DNA of 64,000 nt from Felis catus (taxonomy: Eukaryota). The notes under the pieces are model-generated. The model ran no database searches. It was not told the DNA's origin and saw only the letters and a list, made by a program, of their open reading frames with translations. The position numbers were made by a program, and so were the translations under genes. The stretch covers positions 121,894,001-121,958,000 of the forward strand of contig NC_058368.1 of NCBI RefSeq assembly GCF_018350175.1. Direction: 5' to 3'. This document shows, in pieces, positions 13,549 to 26,538 of this stretch. How positions within the stretch are numbered: position 1 is the first letter of the stretch; every line of letters starts with the position of its first letter.

Positions 13549-14803
13549 GCTTAACAAATTCTCACAATCCTCTTTTATAAAGCTTCTCTCTCAAGATCAT
13601 GAAACAGAGGGTTGGATAAGTTAAGAACCACATTAAAGCTACACAGCCAGTAAGCAGTAGAGCTGAGTGTGAACTTTAGGCTTTAGGACTTTCAGAAGTT
13701 CAAGGACTTTTGAGACTCCAAAGCCTGTGTTCTCAACCATAACGCCAATGACCAATGTCACACAAAATGCCAGGCACTGGAAGTTGTGACTTTATTTTTC
13801 AAACAAGACTGCAAGACCACTTGTCTTACCATCTACTTTTCTTCACATATAACTTACTTTGTAATTTAAGTGTTCTCAGTATCTATGAAGTCATCAGACT
13901 GATATGATAGCTGTATTTTCTAGTACTCATGACTGTAAATACCTAACCATAAAAATGAAAAAAGTCCACATAGTGTTCCTACCACCCCAGTGGTACTCAT
14001 ACCATGCTTTGGGAACCCCACATTATTCTATCCTGAGCCATGTTTGACAGCCTTCTTAGTGGATAAATGGCATTATAGAAATGGTAGTAAACAATGTATG
14101 ATTCAAAAAGACCTGCCTGGTGGTTGGTGTTTTTTCTGAGGGTGTTTTGAAAGATGGCCGCTTCCTACCCCAGAGGTGGCTTCACTTCAGTGACGAGAGG
14201 CAAAAGGGGCCCAGTTTGTACAGTCAGCTTAGTGCTTAAGGCGGTTTGGTTGAAAAGAACTATATAGATATCAGTGATCATCATACTCATGATGACAATA
14301 ATTATTTTACATATGGCTGTTTTAAGGGTGAATGGCACAGTCTCATTTGTATGCCAGCATCTGGCAGGCTGTCACACATCTGCAGAATATAACCTAAATT
14401 GTGCTATTAATATTTCCCCTTTGCATTCTCCCCCAGGCATCTGTCTCCCAAATTGCCTAAAGAAACCCCCCTCCCTCTTGAAGGCCTAGGGGCAAATCCA
14501 GAAAACATGTCATCTAGACTGGGGACAGCAGGCACTCAGAGTGACAGCAGCTAAGTCTGAGCAGATTTCTGGCTCTCGGAAAAGATGTAAAAGGAGAAAG
14601 GGAACCACCACCCACATTCATTCTATTAGCAGCCACACTTCTATGCACAATCTGTAGGCAGGTTGTCGGAGGCTCAGACAGTATGTAGAATCTACTCTGT
14701 GAACGACAAGAGATGCCAGTCATGGTCCTGAGGGTCAGGTCTTAGTGCCTCCATCACTGCCACTACTTGCTTAAAGCTGCCTTCCTTAAAAAACCTTGGC
14801 AAG

Positions 14804-15020
14804 CCAAGAAACAGACTCTTAACTACAGAAAACAAACTGAAGGTTACCAGAGGGGAGGGCGGTGGGTGAGGGGTAAAATGGGTGATGGGGATTAAGGAGT
14901 GCACTTGTTGTGAGGAGCACCAGGTGATGTATGGAAGTGATGAATCACTCTATTATACACCTGAAACTCATGTTACACTGTATGTTAACTAACTGGCATT
15001 TAAATAAAAACTTAAAAAAA
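14804..15020 (+). mobile_element. Carnivore L1 3' end (short, 5'-truncated insertion)
   Basis: Complete L1 3' UTR end with AATAAA and A-tail; degenerate TSD aaaccttggcaag (14791-14803) / aaagccttgggcaag (15022-15036). Confidence 0.85.
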
Positions 15021-15051
15021 AAAAGCCTTGGGCAAGTATCTAGCACTCCTC

Positions 15052-15476
15052 TGTGGTGGAGACTAGACTAGCTAACTGTGTACCAAACCAGGTTAATCTT
15101 TTTTTTTTTTTTTTTTTTTTTTTTACATGCATAGCTATATTACATTTCCCAGCCTGCTTTGCAGTTAGAGGTAGCCATGTGACTGACTTCTAACCAATGG
15201 AATTCATGCTATTTGAGGGCCTGGCTCAAAAGAGGCTTCCATGTGTGGTTCTCTACGATCTTCTCCTTTGCTGTCCTGATTGCAAGTAAGCCTGGTGACA
15301 CTGGGGAGCTGCAGGGTGGAAGGACCTAATTCTCTGATTCACTGATTGGAGGAGGATGCTTGCTGGTGGTGATCATCATAATGACTCCATTATAACAGAA
15401 GTCATCTTTTATGTGTTTGAGCCACTATGAGGTCTATTTATATCACAACATTCAGAGCTTTACTTTAACCAACATA
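15052..15476 (+). mobile_element. MaLR LTR (MLT1I/J-like)
   Basis: tgtggtggagac..acatttcccagcctgctttgcagttagaggtagccatgtgactgacttctaaccaatggaa..tgagccacta. Confidence 0.65.
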
Positions 15477-16806
15477 CTCTTAAAGTGAGATTTCCTGGTT
15501 ACATTTCACCATCGACTATCTACTGGATAGTTGCACTTCAGTGACCTATCACACTTCAAACTTGACCTATCCAACCAAAATGGTATTTTCTGTGTCTGAG
15601 AATGTTCTAGGTACTGGGCTACAGGAATGGATCATACAAAGTCCCTTCTCTCATAGAATTTATACTCAAATATGGGGAAACCCCAATACACAAGTAAAAA
15701 AGCAATTTCAAATAGTGATAAGTGCTGTGAAGACAACAAGGAGAGAGGGCTACTGGGGACTACTGGTAAGTTACTGGAAAAGGACCTCTGAGGAGATGAC
15801 ATTAGATCGAAGTCTGAATGATGGCTTGTAGTTAGCCAAGTAAACTCCAGGGACAGAGTATTCCAGAAAGAGGGAACAGCAAATACAAAGAAGAGATACA
15901 AGAACAAGGTTATCCAGGAACAGAAAAGAGGTTAGTTGGCTGAATCAGAGTGATTTCGGGGAGAGTGACATGATAGGATATTAAAGAGGGAGCCAGGGCC
16001 CATTTCATTTAGAATCTTACAGTTCAAGGTAAAGAACTTGGATTTTATTCCAAATTCACTGGGAAGCTACTAGACTGTTTTAAGCAGGGGGAGAATGATA
16101 TCTAAATTAAATACTGAAAGGTCCACTCTGTTATGAGAACATGAACTATGTAGGAGATCAAGAAAAAATGGAGACTGAACAGGAGATTTCTGCAGTCACA
16201 CAGAGGAAGGAATAATGGCCTACAGCACCATAGGGTAGGAGGAGCAGAATGGAAAGAAATGAGTTGATTAGAGATACATTTCAGAGGAAGCATAGGCAGC
16301 CCTCATAGACAGATTGGGCTGGGGGCATGGAGGCTGGTGAGGGAGAGAAAAGAATCCATACTGACTCCTAGGTCAGCTGCTCAGCTTCCTGGGTTGAGAA
16401 ACCATGAACGGAATGGAAATTCAAGTGAAGAGTCAGGTTTGTGGTGGCACAGACCACAGGGCAGGTAGTGAATAAATGACCGATCCATATTATTAAAGAG
16501 CGGGTCATCATAATGGAGTAAGAATGTTGGCTCAGACATTCATTCAACATCTTCTTGATATCTGTGGATTTTAGCTAACAGAGGAGATAGTAATACTTAC
16601 ATTAGGGTTTCTTTGATATAAGAAAGAAACCTTACATTAGGGTTTCGGTGTATTAATACTAGAATGAAGTGTGTTGGGGACTTGAGGACTGCTAGTAAAG
16701 TTTGGTGTCTCTTGATCCAGATGCTGGTTACATAGGTGTGTGTTGGGTGAAAATTCATCAAGCTGTAATATTATGATATGTGTACTTCTCAAAATGAGAT
16801 TCTATG

Positions 16807-17010
16807 TGGGACATTTGGGTGGCTCAGTTAGTTGAGCGTCTAACTCTTGATTTCGGCTCAGGTCATGACCTCACAGTTCATGGATTCTAGCCCTGCGTTG
16901 AGCTCTTCACTGACAGTGTTGATCCTGCTTGGGACACTCTCTCCCTCCCCCTGCTCCTTCCCTGCTTGCCCATGCTTTCTCTCTCAAAACAAATAAATAA
17001 TACTTTAAAC
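16807..17010 (+). mobile_element. Can-SINE
   Basis: SINE body; TSD aatgagattctatg at 16793-16806 and 17011-17024. Confidence 0.88.
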
Positions 17011-17508
17011 AATGAGATTCTATGCATAAAGTTCCTATTGCAGTGCTTGGAATGCAATAAGTGGCAGCCAGTATTATTTCTACTATTATGATACGATGAA
17101 AACCATCTCATGTGTACCTGTGGTCCATGCTGTCCATACAGGCCATTTATAGATCCTTTAACAAGAGAAAGGAATCTTAACTGAATTCTAGGGTCTTATC
17201 TTATAGTTGATAAAGTCACAACTGATTTTAATTCACAACACACAAATGCCTCTGCATAAAGGAAGTGATTCAGACTTCCTATCCAGAGCTAGTCCTGGGC
17301 CACTATTTTAGTAATTCAATACTTCTCTAACTTTGTTACAATGAAAGATGGACGCCAATGTAATTTAAAAGAGCATAGTTCTTTCTCCACAAGTGCTAGG
17401 AGTCTGTGGTTGTGACTGCTCCTCTCTCTTCTATTTCCCCCCAAGCCTGCTCATACCTGAATACATATGATTCAAGCCAACTGGTTATTGACCCCAAGGA
17501 AAGGATAC

Positions 17509-17686
17509 TAAAACTTTGATTGGTTATTTCAAAGTTCCAAAGGTTAATCCTCAGGTCATCAGCTGACATGTAGGTTTCATAGTCGCTGTTGACTGATATG
17601 GAGTTGATGTGATACGTGTGTGCATTGGCGAATACTCTTCGCGGGGTGGCCTCCACCATCAGGTCCATGGGTCTCAGAACAGGCAC
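17509..17686 (-). CDS. PPP2R2B: PPP2R2B internal coding exon (178 nt), [59 protein letters not shown](N)
   Basis: Translation matches B55-beta. Acceptor ..atcccAG at 17688-17687, donor GTATCCTTT at 17508. Ends in phase 1. Confidence 0.97.
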
Positions 17687-18294
17687 CTGGGATGCAAGAG
17701 AAACAAATCACTTCAGAACCAAAGTTCTTCACTAGGGAAAACGTCCGCATGTTTATGTCCTTCATCATCACAACACAAAATCATAATCACATTTAAAAAG
17801 CTTGAAGTTAGAGAAGCAGACTGATAAATCACATACTCCTGTTTCCTCAGTTCCTTTTAGTTTTTTAATTTTATTTTTCCCTCTGCTACTTTTAGTTTTA
17901 CTTCCTTCTCAAAAGATGTCATCATCACTTAGCCTTCATGGGCAATTTCATACTTTATAGATTCTAAGCATTTTCCCTGGACCTTCTAGGTGGCCTCATC
18001 TTAGAGAAAGTGCGCTTAGAAGCTACTGATCAGGCATTAGCTTCCAGAGCTGTTGTTCCAAGCTGCCTGTTTGTTTTAAACATGAAGTGTACTTGGAAAA
18101 GGAAGTTGTGGGAAAATTTTAGAAATATGTAGTTCAACTTTGACCTACACATATATACTTCATGGCTTTGGAGGTCTAGACCCCATCCTGGCTTTTTCCC
18201 CCCAATCTTTAAGGGCATTTTGTGAAAATATATAATCACCCAAGATTCTAATAGTTAATTCTAAAATTCAGCCATGATCATACATGGCACTCAT

Positions 18295-18418
18295 TGACAA
18301 CTTGTTTTACCTGGGAAAATCTTGGTTTATATTTACTACCCGGTGTACGAACCAGGTAGTGTCCACTTTCACACCGAAACTATCCTCATTTGGACAATAA
18401 ACTATATGGTCAGCTTAG
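18295..18418 (-). mobile_element. MER94-like hAT-Blackjack relic
   Basis: ..tttggacaataaactatatggtcagctta resembles the MER94 terminus. Confidence 0.5.
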
Positions 18419-18582
18419 TGATATCTAAAGGGTCCTCAGTGATTATTTGCTGAAAGAGTGAATAAGAATATGTAAGAAAATTTTTTCTTCTCCACAGGTC
18501 AAAGAATCAGGCAGTTAAATCATTTCCCACACATGAAGGTCTTCCAGGCAAATATGAACAAGAAGACCCAGACTCTTCAGAT

Positions 18583-18807
18583 TCTTTTTCTTTTTTTTAA
18601 GTTTATTTATTTTTGAGAGAAAGAGTGAACAAGCAAGCATGAGCAGGGGAAGGGCAGAGAAAGAGGGAGACACAGAATCTGAAACAGGCTCCAGGCTCTG
18701 AGCTGTCAGCACAGAGCATGTCGCAGAGCCCAAACCCACAAACGATGAGATCATGACGTGAGTCCAAGTTGGATGCCTAACCGACTGAGCCACCCAGGCG
18801 CACCCCC
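18583..18807 (-). mobile_element. Felid Can-SINE
   Basis: Tail, (GA) region and head ccgactgagccacccaggcgcacccc. Confidence 0.88.
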
Positions 18808-21800
18808 TGACTCTCTCTGTGAATTCAAGGGCACTTCTGACAACTCCTGGGTGAACTGGTTCCTGAGAAGGTGAGGGAGAACAGCAATGCCTGGCCGGGG
18901 ACAGACTAAAAACGAAACAAAACAAACACAAAACACAGATGTTGTCCTTTAAGAGAAAGAAGAAAAAAAAAAGGACCAAAATTTCCTTTATGAGGAAGTC
19001 ACCTCTTGCAGTTGAGCTAACTTGCTGACTAATTTGCTACCAGGTAGTTGATTAAGGCTTCAACTTCTGAATTGGTTTCAACCCAAGGGGTGAGGGGAAA
19101 AGGGCAGGAACAAAGGTTACATTTTGTGAAGTGTACTCACTTCAAAGGTATAACCTTTGACAAAACATAATTCTCCCAGTTCAGTCTTGAAGGGAGTTCA
19201 GATCACCTCTGAAGGAGATTTTAAATTAAATAATTTAAATAAATAAACAATTCAGAGAACTCAGAGTCCTATACAGCTCTGGTGCTAGACACCCTGGAAG
19301 ACAGAGTTGGCTTGAGATGTGGATGTAGGATGTGGTGGGGATCCTCTGAACACCAGACCAGGGAGGGGAAGGCAAGCCTTCATGCGCCCTCTATGCCAAT
19401 TATGGATGATGGTTTTAGAGCATAAGCTCAGGAAGGGAGAGAACTCGAAGACCTTGGTTCTCATCACAGACTGACCACAGAGTGAAAGGCTGTGTGACCA
19501 TGGGTGATTAACTTGGCCCTCCTGAGCTCTGGGCCATACTATTTGAAAACCAATAAGACCCACTGTGCCCTAGTTATCAGGAAAGGTCACTGGAATCTGT
19601 GGAGATAACATGCTCTCTGGTTCACCTGCCTTCTTGTTCTTTGAGCAACATCTACTGGGCTCCATACAATGTCCTAGAGAATCCAACCAGTGAACCAAAC
19701 CAGACACTTCCTGCCTTCATAGAGCAGGGCTAGACAGAGGAGGGAGATAGGAAGTCATGTCACAACAAAATGTCCTAAGTGCCCCCAAATAGATATCATG
19801 CAAAAGAGGATTTAACATGGTCAGGGAGGCCTGGAGAGCTGTTGCTGAAGAAGTATTGGATGGATGACTGTGAAGGATGAGAACAGGTTTACTAGGCCAG
19901 GAGGGGAGGAAAGAATGTTCCAGTCAGGGACAAGAGCATGTGCAAAGGTCCTAGGGTGGGGGTAAAGCAAAATGAAGGGTCAATAGGTCAATGTGGTTAA
20001 GACAGAAAGAGAGTGATGGGAACCATGGTAAGAGATGAAGTTATAGGGTAGGTCACAGGCAAGCCCCCACCCCCCAAATTTTTGCCATTATCCTTAGAGA
20101 AATGGGCAGAACTAAAAAGATTTCCAATGATTGTGGTATGATAAAGTTTGATTAGATGATTCTTGATGTACAGGGGAGAACAAGTTAGAGGGCAAATGAG
20201 GTAAGTTTTGGAAAGGAAGGTGATATACCATCCAACACCAGTTAAGGGTGCATCTGAATTAAGACTTTGTAATGGATAAAAAAAAAGTGACTCTGTTCTT
20301 GGGAACTCTACCCAAAAGTATTTATTGGGCATTTACTCCTCTGTGTCAATCATTCTGCGGATGTTATTTATGGTAATTCTTTCAACAGCTCTGTGAAATA
20401 GGTTGTGGTGTGAGTATTAATACGAAGAGAAAGCTCAGGCTCAGAGAGGCTAAGTCAGTGGCCCAGGGTTGCCCAGCTATGAGCTAAGAGGCATTGTCAG
20501 AATTTAATACCAGAGCCTACCTGACTGCAGACCTAGTGCTCCTTCCAATGTATCACACCACATGCAAATATCATACATGGCAGGAAGTAATAAATGCTCT
20601 GTAAGTGACACGAATAAGCTGCCAGGAGAATTTATGGAATCAACACTATTACTGATAATAATAACGGTAGCAGTAGTCAGAGTTTTGTAGTTGAGCTGCC
20701 TCTACAAACCTCAGTTAGGTGATGTAGGTGTACCTGGTATTTGAATAGGAGTGACTATTCCGTGTACTTCCAAAAACACATGCCATGCTTTTGTAGTCTG
20801 TCATAAAGGAACGCCCCACCTGGAGCTTTTGAGTGCTACCTGCGCATCCTCTGCCTCCCCACTGGCCCCCTCCCAGAGGTAGCAGAGCTCAAAGTGGGCT
20901 CCCCAGGGCCCCAGAAGAAATGGAATCTGCAAGGACTTCCTGTGGCTCCTCCTAAACTCTTCCCTGAGCCTCCTTCATTACTGTGCATTGTCGGCGGAGG
21001 CTTCCTGTGGCTGTGGTGACAAGGAGGGAGCGTGACGGCCAGGATCAAGAGGCATTACAAAGTGGGAACTGCCAGCCCAGAGCGTCAGCTTAACGTGATG
21101 GGCCTGCCTGCTAATTCAGGCTGACATATTCCATGATGTACCACTTAATAGGGAAGGCTCCGCGTAGGTATCTGGGGAGGGAGCCTCTAATGCCTTACCT
21201 AGATAAGGCAGAGGGAGGAATGTCATTCATGGTATGCCAGCACCATTCTCATGTCCAGGTCAAGACCTGCCCACTGCCTAGTGATGCCCCTCACAAGAAG
21301 GAAGAGTGGGGGTCTGGTTCAAACTGGACGGGATGACTGATTGGGAAGCCTTGTTGGGACTGTTTTCCAACTGCACTGGCTACATACTCTCTTCAAGGCC
21401 AGGCAGGGAGAAGAATAGGACACTATTCTCTGAGTTGGGCCCACAGGACCTCATTAGGGCTTTCTCTGTAAGACACTGACGGAGGGCTTCTGTGCTATTG
21501 GCCAAGCACTGTGTCAGAGCTCACCAGCCCCAACGCCAGGGCTCTGCTTCATTCAGCCTTCTGACTTCTTTGGGCAGAGCACTGGGGAAGACTATTCTGC
21601 TTGTCCATTTTACAGGAGAGGATCAAGGAGGTGAAGTATCCTGTCCAATGGCACACATACAGTACACTGAGGAGCTGAACCGAGGCTATTTGGTTCCTGA
21701 GTGAGTACAATGGTGCAGACGAAACTATTAGTGTGAAATGTGATCTTGCCATTTTTGCAGGTCCAAAATCATCAAATCTCAGTTATTGCCTCCGGTTCAG

Positions 21801-21875
21801 CCTAATATTTTGGAAGGACTCTGTGCTATAGAGATGTGACACTGAATCATGGAACAATGAATCTTGGAAGGGCCA

Positions 21876-21877
<2 letters not shown>

Positions 21878-21910
<33 letters not shown>
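21878..21910. repeat. (TG)n microsatellite
   Basis: Perfect TG run. Confidence 0.95.
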
Positions 21911-21911
<1 letters not shown>

Positions 21912-24728
21912 TCAGGATGGGGAATTTAATGGCAAGCTGTGGTTGTCAAGGCTTTACCCTCGCCATTGCTCTTGGTAGTACGTTTGGATTCTCATTTATA
22001 TCATGCTTAAATAAATATTTCTGTGGATAAGGAAAGTTTGAAAATGACTGGCCCAGGCAGTACCTAAAATCAGCAGATGTACATTGTCCATGGTCACCCA
22101 GCTTTCTACCTCTCATCCCAGAGCTTCCTCTACCCCTTCCCCATACCATGTGCCTGAACTGTTCTCCACAGGACCAGAGGCCCCTTCTTGCCAAATGACA
22201 GGACCAGAATTGGACAAAACCCAGGACCAAGCCAGGACCTTTAGTTTGTAGTTCAAAGCCTCTTTTCTGAGCAATGGTGGCTGTGGTTGACAAGGCTAGA
22301 ATCAACTGTGAGACAAGGCCAGTGCTGCATTGTGCCTGCAATGAGAAGAGAGTCCTTGGCCCTCAAAGGTGGTTCTGCAGTGCACTGCTGGGTTTTGGTC
22401 ATGTCCCTCCCTCAGGTGCCTCATATTCCTTCTGGACCTTGATTCAGTTACAGCTCATTGTGCTGAGCCTGATTCCAAAAGATGAACACACTAGCCCAGT
22501 GGGCAAGACCACCAGCATCATGTTAGAAAATTAGATGATAACATCTCAGGTCCCAAGAGAGGGGTCTCAGAGTCTAACCTGCCACAAGGCTTATAGAAAT
22601 AGATCTCATCTGTAATGTTAGTGGGATGTAAGGAGCCTAGAGAACCACACCACTGCCTCTCTCTCAGCAGTGAGCTCTCTGTTCAGTTATCCCCCCTGAG
22701 GGAGGCCCTCCATGCCCAGCCCACCTCAAACAGGACACCCTCCACTCACTATCCTCTTACCCAGCTAACAGCTTAGGATGTTTTAAACACTTCAGCAATT
22801 ACAAGACTACACTGTTAGCTAGCTTGACAATAAGTGAATTAAAAAAAAAAGAAAAATATAAACACTCCAGCAATTCATCAGAGAATTCTCATCAATATCC
22901 TGTGATTTATGTTGGTAGATATTACGATCCCTTTTGCACAGATGAGGGGACTGAGGGCAGAAAGGTTAAGTAATTTGTGTAAAGTCACACAGTTGGAACA
23001 CACACGTGGCACTCTTGACTCTGGAGTCTAAGCCCTTGGTGGCTCTCTATTGTAGGCCCTGGAAGAGCCCACTGGGGTGTGTGGGAAAGAGACAAGTGAA
23101 GAGACATTTCAGTGCAGGGCATCTGTGCTGTGACGGAGGTCGGTGGGCACTGCCCAGGCCGTGTTGGCCAAATGGGTTATGTGTCCACCTGGGGAGGTCA
23201 ACGGAGACCTCGAAAGGAGAGGGCTATGAAAGCAGGCAGGGTACAAAGGGTTTGTAGGACTCGATCAGGCAGAGTCGGGGGTGCTCTAGTCAGAGGGACC
23301 AGCACACACAAAAGCTCAGGAGGAAGAAAGCAAAGAACATGTGTGCAACTGTATGATTCCACGCGTTTCTGGGGGAGGGTGTCCGTGATTTATTCACTCA
23401 ACAAATACTGAAGTCCCTACTCTGTACCAGACATGAAGAAAACCTGAACTGGGTAAGGGGGTAGACAGTGGATGGGCTTCTACTTGAGGTGGGGTGATTC
23501 TAGAAGATGTCTCTCAGGGAATGACTTTTGAGGGGAGATCTGAATGCAGTGAGGGAGGGAGCCTTATGGCTGTCTGGAGAAGAGCACTCCTGGAGGAGGA
23601 AGAACAAGTACAAAGGTTGGAGCACCTGAGAGTGGCTTGTGCTTACAGTATAGGAGGAACAGCAAGGAATCTTTGTGCTGCAGTGGTTTGTAAGCGAACA
23701 GCAGCAGATGTTGGCTCAGTAGTGAGCACTGGATGACAGATGTGACTGTGAGGACAGGGAGGATTCAGGGAGCAGGGATAGCTGTCCAATACAGACTCCC
23801 CTTCTGGTTCAGCAACCCCTTGCTTGCTCTGTCTGTCACCACTCCTTCTGTCTCTCCCCACCCTTCCTTCAGTCTTCCTGCCCCAGCTATTTTCTAATTA
23901 TCTTTCCTGCCTTTCCTCTTGGAAAATACAAGATCATCTTTCAGTTCCCAGAAGCCATTTACTAACAAAATGAATGTTGCTGTCATTTGGCTTATCTGGT
24001 GACCATGCAGGCGATTCTTCACAATCTTCCAGAGCACCTAAGCAGGTGCCACTGGTCACAAAGCACCCCCTCAGAGATACACAAGGAAAGCTGTGCAGAA
24101 TCCTGAAGCCCCTGAAGCCCCCACTTGAAATGACATCTGTGAAAATGCACAGCGGGAAGAGGCTAGAGGTGAGGACTCAAGTGTCTTCATGCACCGACTC
24201 TTCACAGAGAAAAAACAACAGCTGTGTTTACCATGGCAACCTCCAGTGCCCCAGCAAGTTGACAGATTCAAGGCAAGGCTGAGAGAGAAGAGATGGCCTG
24301 ATAGGAGCTAAAGAACAGAAAGAAGATGGAGTCATGGAGAAGAAAGAGGGAGAGAAGGTCATATGTAGAAGGATGTGAATGGATTTCAGCTGTTCAGTAA
24401 CCTTGGGTCAAATATGTTTGAGTTTGGTAGACCAACATTTGAATACCCTTGGTTGTTAAGTACAATTAACATGATTGACATTAAGGAGCCTTTTGAAAAA
24501 ATTTCTGTCCATTTAAATCCATGCTTGGATTTATCCATATCTCCTTGTCAATGTGTGACAGATGCTTCCACCTCTGTCCCAATAGTTGAGATTACTTTAT
24601 ATTGGGACTAATAGGCTATATTAACATCATGGGTTAGGAGGTCTCCATATCATCAGTTACGAAGTACATGTAGAAATGTTATGACCATATATTGGCCCCA
24701 GATAAAACCTTCAATAAACACATATTGA

Positions 24729-24932
24729 GGGGCACCTGGGGGGCTCAGTTGGTTAAGCATCTGACTTTGGCTCAGGTCATGATCTCACGGTTTGGGAGTC
24801 TGAGCCTTGCATTGGGCTCTGTGCTGACAGCTTGAGCCTGGAGCCTGCTTCAGATTCTGTATCTCTCTGCCCCTCCCCTGCTCTCTCTCTCTCTCTCTCT
24901 ATCTCAAATAAAAAATAAAACATTAAAAAAAG
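24729..24932 (+). mobile_element. Felid Can-SINE
   Basis: ggggcacctgggggctcagttggttaagc..(CT)n..A-tail; degenerate TSD aca(ca/tg)tattgag. Confidence 0.88.
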
Positions 24933-25995
24933 GACATGTATTGAGCATTTACTACATGCTAAGCACTTACCACACAGAGGAGGCTCCTTAGGAAGCTTAG
25001 TGGAGACAGATTAACACACAACTTCCTACCCTTTCTTTTTGTTCCTAACAAGCCCTTTTGGGAAGCTGAAACCATGTCTGTTTAACATAGAAAAGAAACA
25101 GATGAGAGCTGTCTACCTCCTCCTTGGTGCAAGGAAAACGTGACCTTGGTGCTCTAGGTATAAGGCTGAATGGAGGATCTAGGGTGATTATGCTATCCCA
25201 TCTAGAAGCAATACACAGTTAAGAAAATGCAGAAGCTAGGAAGTTACAAATTCCAGCATCACTTGAAGATTGCCACCATGCCCTTCTCTGGGCTTTCTTA
25301 ATGAAAAATCCTTCGTGACTCTCCAATGACAACTATTTTAAGTCAAGGATAAAGCCAATAGCTAAAGAGAACCAAGACTTCATTGTCAAGGAAGAGAGTA
25401 GATCATCTTCAAAAAGGGAGAGCCATTGGGTCCTCCTGTAAGTATCCTTATTCCAAAGCAACACAGCTTTGTGGCAGAGCGGCCATCTTCAAAAAAAAAC
25501 AGGAGTATGTAATGGCTTCCCAAGAACTATATGGAACAGTTTAAAAGGCAACCATTCCCCTATCACTAGCCTCCACATATTTTCCTTTCTGAAACAAAAT
25601 CATCCCAGGAGATTCCCACAGCCTAAGTTCTCCTTCTCCTCTTTGTGAAAGAAAAACACAAAAGACATTCATTAACCCATCTTCAATCTTATGATGGTGC
25701 ACTATGCAAGGTATAAACACTTCTGGGAGGGGTAATTGGATGATGCCTTTAATCAATGCCCCACAAATGCCACCACCCCCAGCTCGATACAATATGAATT
25801 TCTAATAAAGTTTTACTATTTATGTTTAATCATTATTTGTCAGAATTATATATTTATGTTGTTCAGGTCAACTGTGTTCTAGTAATAATGTTAGCAATGA
25901 TTATATCCACGAGAATTTTAAACCCTTACAGTCATACACAGATGGGGTGGGGCTAGGAATCTATTTTTGTTCAGAAATGATCAAAGAAAGTTTTT

Positions 25996-26203
25996 TTTTT
26001 CAACGTTTATTTATTTTTGGGACAGAGAGAGACAGAGCATGAACGGGGGTGGGGCAGAGAGAGAGGGAGACACAGAATCAGAAACAGGCTCCAGGCTCTG
26101 AGCCATCAGCCCAGAGCCCGACGCGGGGCTCGAACTCCCGGACCGCGAGATCGTGACCTGGCTGAAGTCGGACGCTTAACCGACTGCGCCACCCAGGCGC
26201 CCC
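25996..26203 (-). mobile_element. Young felid Can-SINE
   Basis: CpGs intact; TSD tcaaagaaagttttt at 25981-25995 and 26204-26218. Confidence 0.92.
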
Positions 26204-26312
26204 TCAAAGAAAGTTTTTAACATTTATTTGGGGAGAGTTAAATGAATATATATGTTTCAAGAAGAAAAAGAATATAAAGTTCTGACTTTTTAAGAAGTTC
26301 ACATACTCTTTT

Positions 26313-26538
26313 TTTTATTAAAAAAATTTTTTTTAATGTTTTATTTTATTTTTGAGACAGAGAGAGACAGAGCATGAGCAGGGGAGGGTTAGAGAGAGAG
26401 GGAGACACAGAATCCACAGCAGGCTCCTGGCTCTGAGCTGTCAGCACAGAGCCCTACGTGGGCTCGAACTCACAGACAGTGAGATCATGACCTGAGCGGA
26501 AGTCGGAAGCTCAACCGACTGAGCCACCCAGGGGCCTC
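26313..26538 (-). mobile_element. Felid Can-SINE
   Basis: TSD ttcacatactctttt at 26298-26312 and 26541-26555. Confidence 0.9.

Larger units (their letters stand above)
3205..17508 (-). other. PPP2R2B: U12-type (minor spliceosome) GT-AG intron of PPP2R2B, 14,304 nt
   Basis: 5' splice site GTATCCTTTCC (17508-17498) fits RTATCCTTT. Branch box TTCCTTGAC (3226-3218) fits TTCCTTRAC, with the branch A about 15 nt from the exon and no polypyrimidine tract between branch box and AG. Confidence 0.93.
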
